A stretch of DNA of 64,000 bases. Origin: Candidatus Latescibacterota bacterium. GTDB taxonomy: Bacteria > Latescibacterota > UBA2968 > UBA8231. Positions 9,820-17,116 of this stretch are shown in pieces. The notes under the pieces are model-generated. The model made no database searches. It saw nothing but the letters and a program-made list of their open reading frames with translations, and had not been told where the DNA came from. Both the position numbers and the translations under genes were made by a program. How positions within the stretch are numbered: the first letter of the stretch is position 1; each line of letters begins with the position of its first letter. The DNA lies in the NCBI GenBank assembly GCA_965217585.1, contig OZ244561.1, forward strand, positions 6,528,001 through 6,592,000. The letters run 5' to 3'.

Positions 9820-10143
9820 TCAGGCATTGAGGCCACCGGAACCACCCGGACCACCAGAACCGCAATCCCGCCAGTAGGTCCGCACCATCTGCAAGATGTC
9901 CCAGAGTATGGTATCCTTAGCTACTTGATCGATCAACACGTGCAGCCTCGCGGCCTTCTCAGGTTCGATCAGCCCCAGTCCGCTCATCATCGTCAGGTGG
10001 TGGATCAAGCCCGTTTGCAACAACGTTCGGTTCATGTCCGAAAGGGGGATACTGCTTTTGTTGGCGAACTCCTCTTCGAGGCCGGCATAGAGTTCGGCCA
10101 AGCTGTGGGAAAGTGTGGTCTCGACTTTGTAAACTTTTTCCAT
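9820..10143 (-). CDS. Hypothetical protein (107 aa, Gly-rich tail)
   Basis: Clean ATG ORF with a purine-rich upstream region and its own promoter-like sequence; no family recognised. Confidence 0.7.
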   Translation of the reverse strand: MEKVYKVETTLSHSLAELYAGLEEEFANKSSIPLSDMNRTLLQTGLIHHLTMMSGLGLIEPEKAARLHVLIDQVAKDTILWDILQMVRTYWRDCGSGGPGGSGGLNA

Positions 10144-10173
10144 GCGCCTCTTGCCCGTGTGGGAGCCTCGGTT

Positions 10174-10201
10174 AATATACCCGGCGCGTTCCCACTGTCA
10201 A
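10174..10201 (-). promoter_or_regulatory. sigma-70-type promoter for the 107-aa ORF
   Basis: Minus strand reads TTGACA-N16-TATATT. Confidence 0.55.
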
Positions 10202-10229
10202 CAAGACTCGGCCCGGAGGACGCGGTTGG

Positions 10230-11654
10230 TCATTTGGCGGTGATTCGGTATTTGCGGAGCAAATGTCGAAAGCGATCGTAGGTCAAGCCCAATTGCTGTG
10301 CCGCGTCTTTCTGCCGCCCTCCCACTTTGGCGAGCGCACCGTCGAGCAAGCCCCGCTCGACGCGCGCGACTTGCTCATCGAAACTGCCCCCATCGGGAAG
10401 GGCAACGCCACTGCCGCCGCGTACTTCCGGGGGCAAGTCCTCCACGACCACTTCATCTCCTTGCGCGACGCAGAGGGCGCGCTCGACGGCGAATTTGAGT
10501 TCGCGCACATTGCCCGGCCAAGTGTAGGTCTCGAGCGCGGCCAAAACGCCTTCGGCGAACGGGCGTCGTTCAATCGCAGGCACCTCGTCGCATAGCTGCT
10601 GAGTAAAGTAAGTAACCAAGGGCCGGATGTCCTCGGGCCTCTCCCGCAAGGGCGGTAGCTGGAGCACGCTAAACCGCAGGCGGTCGTAGAGGTCAGCGCG
10701 AAATTGCCCGCTAGCTATTTCCCGCTCCAGATCCGCGTTGGTTGCCGCCACGACGCGAACGTCAACGTGGATCGTCTGCGTCCCACCCGTGCGTTCAAAT
10801 TCTTGGTATTCTATAACGCGCAATACGTTTCTTTGGAAGTCCAGCGAAGTGTTGCCGATCTCGTCGAGAAAGAGCGTGCCGCCATCGGCGGCTTCAAAGC
10901 GGCCGTGGCGCATTTCGGCCGCGCCCGTAAAGGCCCCTTTCTCGTGGCCGAACAGCTCGCTTTCGAGCAAGGTATCCGATAGCGCCGCGCAGTTCATCTT
11001 GACAAAGGCCCGCTCGCGGCGATTGCTCCCGTAGTGCAAGGCGGCGGCGATCAATTCCTTGCCAGTGCCGCGCTCGCCGCAGATCAACACGGGCCGCGGT
11101 ATGGAGGCGATTTGTTCAACTTGCTCTAGCAGGTCCTGAATCAGGGAACTGCGGCTAACAATCTGATAGCGCTGACCTAGCTGGGTCCGGTAAAAGGTAT
11201 TGTCGCGGTCGAGAGTCTCGTTCTCAGCTTTGAGGCGAGCATTTTCGCGCAATACCGCCAACATCCGCTCGACCTTTTCCATCTCCACTTCGAGCTTGTC
11301 CTCAACGTACAAGTCCTTCTCGATAAAATCCGCCGCCCCGGCCTGCACCGCTTCGACCGCCAAGTCAACGCTTCCCTTGCCCGTGAGAATGATAACCGGC
11401 AGCTCGGCCCACTGCTTTTTGATCTCTTTCAACACTTCGAGGCCATTGGGCTGGCCAGCGCCAAAGTCAAAGTCCAGCACCACAAGTTCGACGTCCATCG
11501 GCCTAGCGGCTAGATGCCCGAGCAACCGCTGGCCATTGGAAAACGAGATGACTTCCTTGCCCAAACTGCTCAGCTTCTCCGCCAACATCTCGCGCAATTC
11601 CCGTTGGTCATCAGCTATTAAGACGGCTTTCTGTTTTTTGCCTACCATGACCAT
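10230..11654 (-). CDS. sigma-54 enhancer-binding response regulator (REC + PspF-like AAA+ + HTH)
   Basis: REC domain (IADD...VVLD...LTG...FIEK); GERGTGKELIA, GAFTGA, LFLDEIG, RVIEY, FRADLYDRL, WPGNVRELK; HTH QKDAAQQLGLTYDRFRHLLRKY resembles PspF. Confidence 0.93.
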   Translation of the reverse strand: MVMVGKKQKAVLIADDQRELREMLAEKLSSLGKEVISFSNGQRLLGHLAARPMDVELVVLDFDFGAGQPNGLEVLKEIKKQWAELPVIILTGKGSVDLAVEAVQAGAADFIEKDLYVEDKLEVEMEKVERMLAVLRENARLKAENETLDRDNTFYRTQLGQRYQIVSRSSLIQDLLEQVEQIASIPRPVLICGERGTGKELIAAALHYGSNRRERAFVKMNCAALSDTLLESELFGHEKGAFTGAAEMRHGRFEAADGGTLFLDEIGNTSLDFQRNVLRVIEYQEFERTGGTQTIHVDVRVVAATNADLEREIASGQFRADLYDRLRFSVLQLPPLRERPEDIRPLVTYFTQQLCDEVPAIERRPFAEGVLAALETYTWPGNVRELKFAVERALCVAQGDEVVVEDLPPEVRGGSGVALPDGGSFDEQVARVERGLLDGALAKVGGRQKDAAQQLGLTYDRFRHLLRKYRITAK

Positions 11655-11675
11655 CCTCGTTCAATCACTGAAAGG

Positions 11676-13031
11676 CTAGGTCTGGCCGCCCGCGAAATTG
11701 AGCGGCAGATCGAGCCGAAAAACGGTCCCATGTCCCTTTCTGCTCTTGACGCGCAACACGCCCTGATGGGCCTGGGCAATGCGGCGCGCAATGCTCAAGC
11801 CATAGCCATTGCCCTGCTCCCTAGTGGTAAATCCAGGCTCGAATATCAATTCCAAATGCTCTTCCTCAATGCCTGGCCCATCGTCCTCGACCTCAATAAA
11901 GACCAGCGATTGCTCCTCGTCGTAACCAGTGCCCAGCACCACCCGGCCGCCGCGGTTTTCTTCGAGGATTTCCAAGGCGTTTAGGCAGAGGTTGGTAATG
12001 GCCTCGCGCAGCATCCGCTCGTCTGCCTCCACGCGCGGCAAGCCCTCTTGGACCCGCGTCTGGATCGCGGATTTCCAAGTTTGGCGATCAAATCCGGCGG
12101 CCACTCGTCGCACCAAGCGCCCGAGATCAATCACCGCCGGGTGGATTTTATCCGTTTTCATCGCTTCCAAGAACCCCACCCACTCGTCGTACAGAGCCTC
12201 GTATTCGCCCCCTAAGCGATTCAATTCCCCCCGCTGCGCCTCTTCGGCCTTGCGCCCCAACCCCCGCAAGCGGCTGCCGATGATCCCCATCAGGTTCTTG
12301 ATGCGATGCCCCTTCGTATAAAACCCCTCGTACACCTGCTCCTTTCCCAGCTCGACCATTTCCAGCGACAGACGCGCGAGGACTTGCGGAGCGCTTTGCT
12401 CAAATTCCTCGCAGATATGCTGGTACTCTTGCTCTAATTCAGGGGGTTTTACATGGCGAAAGAACAAACGGGCCAAGTTCGCGTACGGCTGACTGAGCTT
12501 GGGGTCGAGTTGGATGGCGACCTTGAATTCCCCCATCGCTCCCAACACCTGGCCGCCTTGCAGTAAGAGTTGGCCTAAGCTGTTGTGGCCAACTGCCGAA
12601 AGCGGGTTGAGCGCCAGCCCCTGGCGGAACGCGCGGATAGCTTCTCCACGCCGCTGCGGATCTTCGTTGTATTGACTGCCAAGAGCGAAAAAGACGTGAT
12701 CGAGAGCTGGGTATTCGCGTCCCTCCTCGGCCGCGCACACGATGGCTTCAAAGTGCGCCAGCGATCGCTCGCGGAACCGGGCGTTCCGCCGCCCTTGGCG
12801 CATTGCGAGCAAGCCGAGTTGGTAGTGGCTTTCTAGATGCCCGCTCGACGCGGCTGCTTCCAGCGCAGTAATGGCCGCTTGCTCGTCCCCCAGTTCCAAC
12901 AGACAAAGCCCTTTGCGATGCTGAAGCTCCAAGTCGTCGGGCTCCTGCGCTAGGCCGCGCTCGCACCACTCCAGCGCCTCGGCCCAACGCGCACCTTCAC
13001 CGGCCTCTACAGCGCAGTCGAGCCAATTCAC
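11676..13031 (-). CDS. Cytoplasmic TPR-repeat histidine kinase
   Basis: Several TPR repeats, H-box GHRIKNLMG, N-box ITNLCLNA, G1 DDGPGI, F-box IFEPGFTT, G2 GNGYGL; no TM segment. Confidence 0.9.
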   Translation of the reverse strand: MNWLDCAVEAGEGARWAEALEWCERGLAQEPDDLELQHRKGLCLLELGDEQAAITALEAAASSGHLESHYQLGLLAMRQGRRNARFRERSLAHFEAIVCAAEEGREYPALDHVFFALGSQYNEDPQRRGEAIRAFRQGLALNPLSAVGHNSLGQLLLQGGQVLGAMGEFKVAIQLDPKLSQPYANLARLFFRHVKPPELEQEYQHICEEFEQSAPQVLARLSLEMVELGKEQVYEGFYTKGHRIKNLMGIIGSRLRGLGRKAEEAQRGELNRLGGEYEALYDEWVGFLEAMKTDKIHPAVIDLGRLVRRVAAGFDRQTWKSAIQTRVQEGLPRVEADERMLREAITNLCLNALEILEENRGGRVVLGTGYDEEQSLVFIEVEDDGPGIEEEHLELIFEPGFTTREQGNGYGLSIARRIAQAHQGVLRVKSRKGHGTVFRLDLPLNFAGGQT

Positions 13032-13034
13032 GGT

Positions 13035-13403
13035 CTAGCCTTGCTCTCGCGGGTCTTGGCGCTCCCAAGGTTTAGATTCTGCCCCGTCCATATGGTCGAT
13101 CTTTTCGCTGAGAGCGATCATCACGTCCTGTACCTCAGTCAGCCGCTGCTCGACTGCGGCCAATCGCTCCCGTAGCTCGTCTGACTCAATACCCTTGTCC
13201 TCGGATACAGTCGCCTTGAGCTTGAGGTAGTCGGCAACTTTGGCGATAACAAAAATCGCCACGGCAGCCAACAAGAGCGGCGTCAGAATGACGGGGCCCA
13301 TCAAACCATAGGGGCCGGGGTGGCTAGAAAACGCAGAGTAAAAAAGAACGCACAACGCGATACCAGTGAAGAATCCGAAGACGATCCCCTTATTCTTGTC
13401 CAT
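13035..13403 (-). CDS. Small membrane protein (2 TM + coiled-coil tail), PspB/C-like paralogue 3
   Basis: Hydrophobic N-half; tail ELRERLAAVEQRLTEVQDVMIALSEKID shared with neighbours; AAAGGAG RBS. Confidence 0.8.
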   Translation of the reverse strand: MDKNKGIVFGFFTGIALCVLFYSAFSSHPGPYGLMGPVILTPLLLAAVAIFVIAKVADYLKLKATVSEDKGIESDELRERLAAVEQRLTEVQDVMIALSEKIDHMDGAESKPWERQDPREQG

Positions 13404-13861
13404 AATTTAGCTCCTTTCCCTCGCCTCCAGCCGGTCGAATTTCTCGCTAAGGGCGATCATTACGTCCTGTACCTCGGTCAGCCGCTGATCCAGAGTGCTT
13501 ACCCCGTCTCGTAATTCTTTCGCCAGCGATTTTCTAATGGCCTCCTTACCTGACCTTTTACCTTCCATTTTAGGTACTCGATAATTTCGACCGCGACCCA
13601 ACCCGCTATTGTGATTGCCGTCACCGGGACTAAGTATTCAGTAGCCGCGACTTTACCTAGCACAAATGCAAAAGCCGCCAATCCAATGAGTGGTATCAGC
13701 AAACCTATCCCGCCCAGAAGAACTACGACTGTCATCTCTCTTTTATTCATGGTTTAGCCTCTCTTTTCGTTCATCTTTCTCTTCGTCCCTACCCCATCCA
13801 TATAGTCGATTTTCTCGCTGAGGACGATCATCACGTCCTGCACCTCGGTCAGCCGCTGCTC
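13082..13861. repeat. Three copies of a ~55-70 bp coding repeat (about 13082-13151, 13434-13491 and 13792-13861)
   Basis: Near-identical core CGATCATyACGTCCTGyACCTCrGTCAGCCGCTG occurs three times; copies 1 and 3 are 720 bp apart. Confidence 0.9.
13407..13750 (-). pseudogene. Small membrane protein paralogue 2, split by a 1-nt frameshift
   Basis: The TM half (13499-13750) and the conserved tail half (13407-13601) lie in different frames; one extra A in the A4 run at 13568-13571 joins them (...IEYLK-MEGKRS...DQRLTEVQDVMIALSEKFD). Confidence 0.7.
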
Positions 13862-14017
13862 AACTCGCTCTAGCCGCTTGACGATCAAATCCTCTTCCTC
13901 TTTGGCTTTTTTGTCTCGTCGCTTGCGGCTCGAATAATACTTGTTGCCCCAATTGACCAATCCACTGCACAGGATGATGAGACATACGCCAATGGCGACC
14001 TGCAAAAACCAATTCAT
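13754..14017 (-). CDS. Small membrane protein (1 TM + coiled-coil tail), PspB-like paralogue 1
   Basis: N-terminal TM, basic stretch, tail RLERVEQRLTEVQDVMIVLSEKID; GGAGGGAG RBS. Confidence 0.8.
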   Translation of the reverse strand: MNWFLQVAIGVCLIILCSGLVNWGNKYYSSRKRRDKKAKEEEDLIVKRLERVEQRLTEVQDVMIVLSEKIDYMDGVGTKRKMNEKRG

Positions 14018-14119
14018 TTGCTCCCTCCCTGTCTGAGCTATGCACGCCCCAGCCGTGAGCGCGTACTATTGAATTGCGGCAAAAATCAGTTCACTCGCTC
14101 CCTCCTCAGCCCGTTTGTA

Positions 14120-14638
14120 TCAGGCGCTTTCGACGCCCCGACTCCAGTGTTTTTCGTGCGCGAAAAGCACTTCTGGAAAGCGATAGACGATCAGGCCCGA
14201 ATCGGTTATTTCGACCTCGACGAACCCCCCATCGGCCAAGCGCTTGAGAATCTCCGCAGCTTCCTCGACCGTCAGTCCGGTATCGGCCGCAGTTTCGGTC
14301 ACCGTCAGGCGGCCACTTCTCTTCTGGGCCAAGCGCACTACGCGATTTTGTTGACGTCGGTAGCGGACCAAGTGCGCGGCCGCATCGAGCTTTTTGGCCA
14401 GTATCCAGAGTAAGCTGCCGAAAATGGTCTGGGTGACGCCAATGGCAAAAAACTCGAAATGGGAATCTGCACCATCGGCATGGAGGATTTGAAACAGTCC
14501 GTAGAGCATAAACCCCAGCCCTATCGGCACCATCGGCACGGCCATTACCTTGAGAAAAAGAGCGCCTAGGCGCTTGAATCCCCCTTCCATAGCACTTCTT
14601 ACCTCGCTTTTTGCCGCGTTGGGCGGTCTCATCGTCAT
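14120..14638 (-). CDS. Membrane protein, 2 TM + C-terminal winged-helix-like domain
   Basis: Two hydrophobic helices then GRLTVTETAADTGLTVEEAAEILKRLADGGFVEVEITDSGLIVYRFPE. Confidence 0.8.
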   Translation of the reverse strand: MTMRPPNAAKSEVRSAMEGGFKRLGALFLKVMAVPMVPIGLGFMLYGLFQILHADGADSHFEFFAIGVTQTIFGSLLWILAKKLDAAAHLVRYRRQQNRVVRLAQKRSGRLTVTETAADTGLTVEEAAEILKRLADGGFVEVEITDSGLIVYRFPEVLFAHEKHWSRGVESA

Positions 14639-14691
14639 AGCCGTTAGTTCTCCGAATTCAGCAGTCGCACAATATGCTGCGGGCCATAGGG

Positions 14692-15366
14692 TTACTTATC
14701 TTTTTTCATCTTGTCCTTTAAAGCCTTCAATTCGTCGTCAACGCTGTGATCTGCTTCGATTTGGCGGATCTCCTTCTCAACGTCTTCCATCTCGCCCGAA
14801 ATCTCCACGTGCGCGGCAGCCTCTGCCTCGCTCTCTTCTACTTTCTGCTCAAAGCGCTCAAAACTGGAAAAGGCATCCTGACCCAACCCGGAAATGCTCT
14901 GGGCCAGACGCTTGCGGGCCTGGGCAGCTTGGTGGCGAGCGATCAACGTGCCCTGTCGGGTCCGTGCTTCTTCGAGCTTGGTCTTTAGCTCGCGTAACTG
15001 CTCGCGCAATTGCTCGGCCGTCTGCCGACTCTCCTCCACGGCCGGAGCCAGATCCTCAGCAGCTTTAGCAAACACCGCTTTGCGCTCCAGCGCGCGTCGC
15101 GCCAGCACATCCTCGCCCGCTTCCACCGCCCATTCGGCCTTGCGCTGCCATTCGGCGACCTGGCTTTGCTTGTCGTTGAACTGGCGCTCGAGCCGCTTGT
15201 GATTGGCCACAGCAGTCCCTACCGAGGCCGTGGCCTTGCCGACTGCCTCTTCCATGTCCCGCACCATTTGGCGGATCATCTTGTCCGGCTCTTCGGCCCG
15301 GTCGAGCATTTCGTTGATATTGGACTTGAGGATATCACTTATCCTCGCAAAGGCTCCCTTAGCCAT
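14692..15366 (-). CDS. pspA: Phage shock protein A (PspA/IM30/Vipp1 family)
   Basis: FARISDILKSNINEMLDRAEEPDKMIRQMVRDMEE...WQRKAEWAVEAGEDVLARRAL...FERFEQKVEESEAEA...VDDELKALK; AGGAGG RBS 6 nt before ATG 15366. Confidence 0.96.
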   Translation of the reverse strand: MAKGAFARISDILKSNINEMLDRAEEPDKMIRQMVRDMEEAVGKATASVGTAVANHKRLERQFNDKQSQVAEWQRKAEWAVEAGEDVLARRALERKAVFAKAAEDLAPAVEESRQTAEQLREQLRELKTKLEEARTRQGTLIARHQAAQARKRLAQSISGLGQDAFSSFERFEQKVEESEAEAAAHVEISGEMEDVEKEIRQIEADHSVDDELKALKDKMKKDK

Positions 15367-15414
15367 CATACACCTCCTTGATTGAGTGAAGCTTATCATG
15401 TGCTGTTTCTAACT

Positions 15415-15430
15415 TGCAAAGGCCGTGCCA
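15415..15430 (-). promoter_or_regulatory. sigma-54 (-24/-12) promoter of the pspA operon
   Basis: Minus strand TGGCACGGCCTTTGCA matches the consensus TGGCACG-N4-TTGCW (GG-N10-GC). Confidence 0.9.
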
Positions 15431-15508
15431 AAAGTGATAGCGCACTCATAATTTATTACAGCCCAACGTATTATATAAAAAACATAGATCGAATTATTAC
15501 TTGATTAA

Positions 15509-15544
15509 TGGCCAGATTCGCCACTTGGCTGGCGTCATTGGCCA
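15509..15544. promoter_or_regulatory. Candidate upstream activator sites (two TGGC-N7-GCCA boxes)
   Basis: TGGCCAGATTCGCCA (15509-15523) and TGGCGTCATTGGCCA (15530-15544) start 21 bp apart, about 80-115 bp upstream of the -24 box, with an AT-rich spacer between them and the promoter. Confidence 0.65.
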
Positions 15545-15592
15545 TTTTCGCTCCTTTAGTTATTATAACAAATCTTCAAAAAGGATCTTGCC

Positions 15593-17035
15593 ATGGCCAA
15601 TCCATTGGTCTTGATCGGCTTGGGTGTCTATCTCGCGGTGATGCTCGGCGTTGGCCTATACGCTGGCCGCCGCGTCCGCAGCTCGACCGACTTCATCGTC
15701 GCCGGCCAACGCCTGCCCCTGTTGCTCTGCACCGCAACTCTTGCTGCGACGTGGTTTGGCGGTGGAATCTGCATTGGTGCTGCAAGTGCTGCATACAAGG
15801 GCGGCGTCCTCGCGGTCATTGCCGACCCTTTTGGCGCGGCTTTGTGTCTGTTTATCGCCGGCCTCTTTTACGTGCGGATGATGCGGCGCATGGGCTTGAT
15901 GACGATCGCATCCTTTTTTAGCCGCCGCTTCGGCCCGCGGGCGGGCCTGCTGGCCAGCCTTTGCACCATTCCCGCCTATGTTGGCTGGACCGGCTCGCTC
16001 TTGGTGGCCTTTGGGCGAATCCTGCAGAGCCTCACCGGCATCGATCCCGCCATCGGCATCTGTGCAGCCGCAGTCATCGTGCTGATCTACACTTGGGCCG
16101 GCGGCATGTGGGCTGTCACGCTAACCGACTTCATCCAAGTAACCGTCCTCGTACTAGGGTTGTTTATTTTAACGCCGATTCTCCTCGGCGACATGGGCGG
16201 CTGGGAGGCCCTCGTCGCCCAAATCCCGGCCTCCCGCTTCGATTTCTACCCTCGCGGCGACGCGGCCAGTTGGTTGGCCTATGCGCGCGACTGGCTGGTC
16301 ATCGGCCTCGGCAACCTAGCGGGCCAAGACCTAATCCAGCGCAGTCTGTCCAGCCGCGACGAAAAGGTGGCCTACCGCAGCGCTTACCTCGCTGGGCTGC
16401 TTTATATAACGGTGGGGCTATTGCCCGTTTTTCTTGGCATGGCGGGTGCGATCGTCCTTCCGGATTTGGCCGATCCCGATCTAGTCATGATGGCCCTCGC
16501 ACTAAAATATCTCCCGGATCTAGCCTTGGTCCTCTTTATGGGTGCCCTCGTCTCAGCCCTCCTGTCCAGCGCCGACAGCGCCCTCCTCGCTCCAGCGAGC
16601 GTCATTGGTTGGGATCTCCTTCACTACTTCAAACCCGATGCCGAAGAGCGGTCGTCGCTGCGCCTGACGCGCTTGTCCGTCCTCCTCTTGGGCGCGGTAT
16701 CTCTACTGTTGGCCCTCCAAACTACTTCGATTTACGACTTGATGGTCGACTCTTGGTCCGTGCTCCTCGCCTCGCTATTCGTCCCACTAACCGCTGGCTT
16801 GTGGTGGCCCAAAAGCAACGGCCCCGGGGCCTTAGCTTCCATAGGGGTCGGCCTGTGCGCCTGGCAGGTCCTGAGGATGCTCTCCGCGGATTTGCCGGCC
16901 GACCTTTTGGCCGTGCCCTTTTCCGCCCTCGCCTTAGTAATAGTCAGCTTACTAACCCAAAAACAGGCCCCGCCACAGCCCTTACTCGATGCCGAGGGAC
17001 GTCCCCTGCCCTATAAAAACCGCTTGGGCATTTAA
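15593..17035 (+). CDS. Sodium:solute symporter (SSS family)
   Basis: About 13 TM; DFIVAGQRL, ATWFGGG, YTWAGGMWAVTLTDFIQ, SALLSSADS. Confidence 0.92.
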   Translation: MANPLVLIGLGVYLAVMLGVGLYAGRRVRSSTDFIVAGQRLPLLLCTATLAATWFGGGICIGAASAAYKGGVLAVIADPFGAALCLFIAGLFYVRMMRRMGLMTIASFFSRRFGPRAGLLASLCTIPAYVGWTGSLLVAFGRILQSLTGIDPAIGICAAAVIVLIYTWAGGMWAVTLTDFIQVTVLVLGLFILTPILLGDMGGWEALVAQIPASRFDFYPRGDAASWLAYARDWLVIGLGNLAGQDLIQRSLSSRDEKVAYRSAYLAGLLYITVGLLPVFLGMAGAIVLPDLADPDLVMMALALKYLPDLALVLFMGALVSALLSSADSALLAPASVIGWDLLHYFKPDAEERSSLRLTRLSVLLLGAVSLLLALQTTSIYDLMVDSWSVLLASLFVPLTAGLWWPKSNGPGALASIGVGLCAWQVLRMLSADLPADLLAVPFSALALVIVSLLTQKQAPPQPLLDAEGRPLPYKNRLGI

Positions 17036-17116
17036 TCCGAAACTCGCTTGACAGGTATAAGCTCGCGCTTAACTTGTTGGAAACTTACCACGACCACCTT
17101 AAAAAGGAATTTAACC

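Noticed and set aside
13082-13861. Three DNA repeats as a CRISPR array or DGR template/variable repeats
   Set aside because: The repeats are in-frame coding tails about 350 bp apart, the differences are not adenine-specific, and no reverse transcriptase is present.
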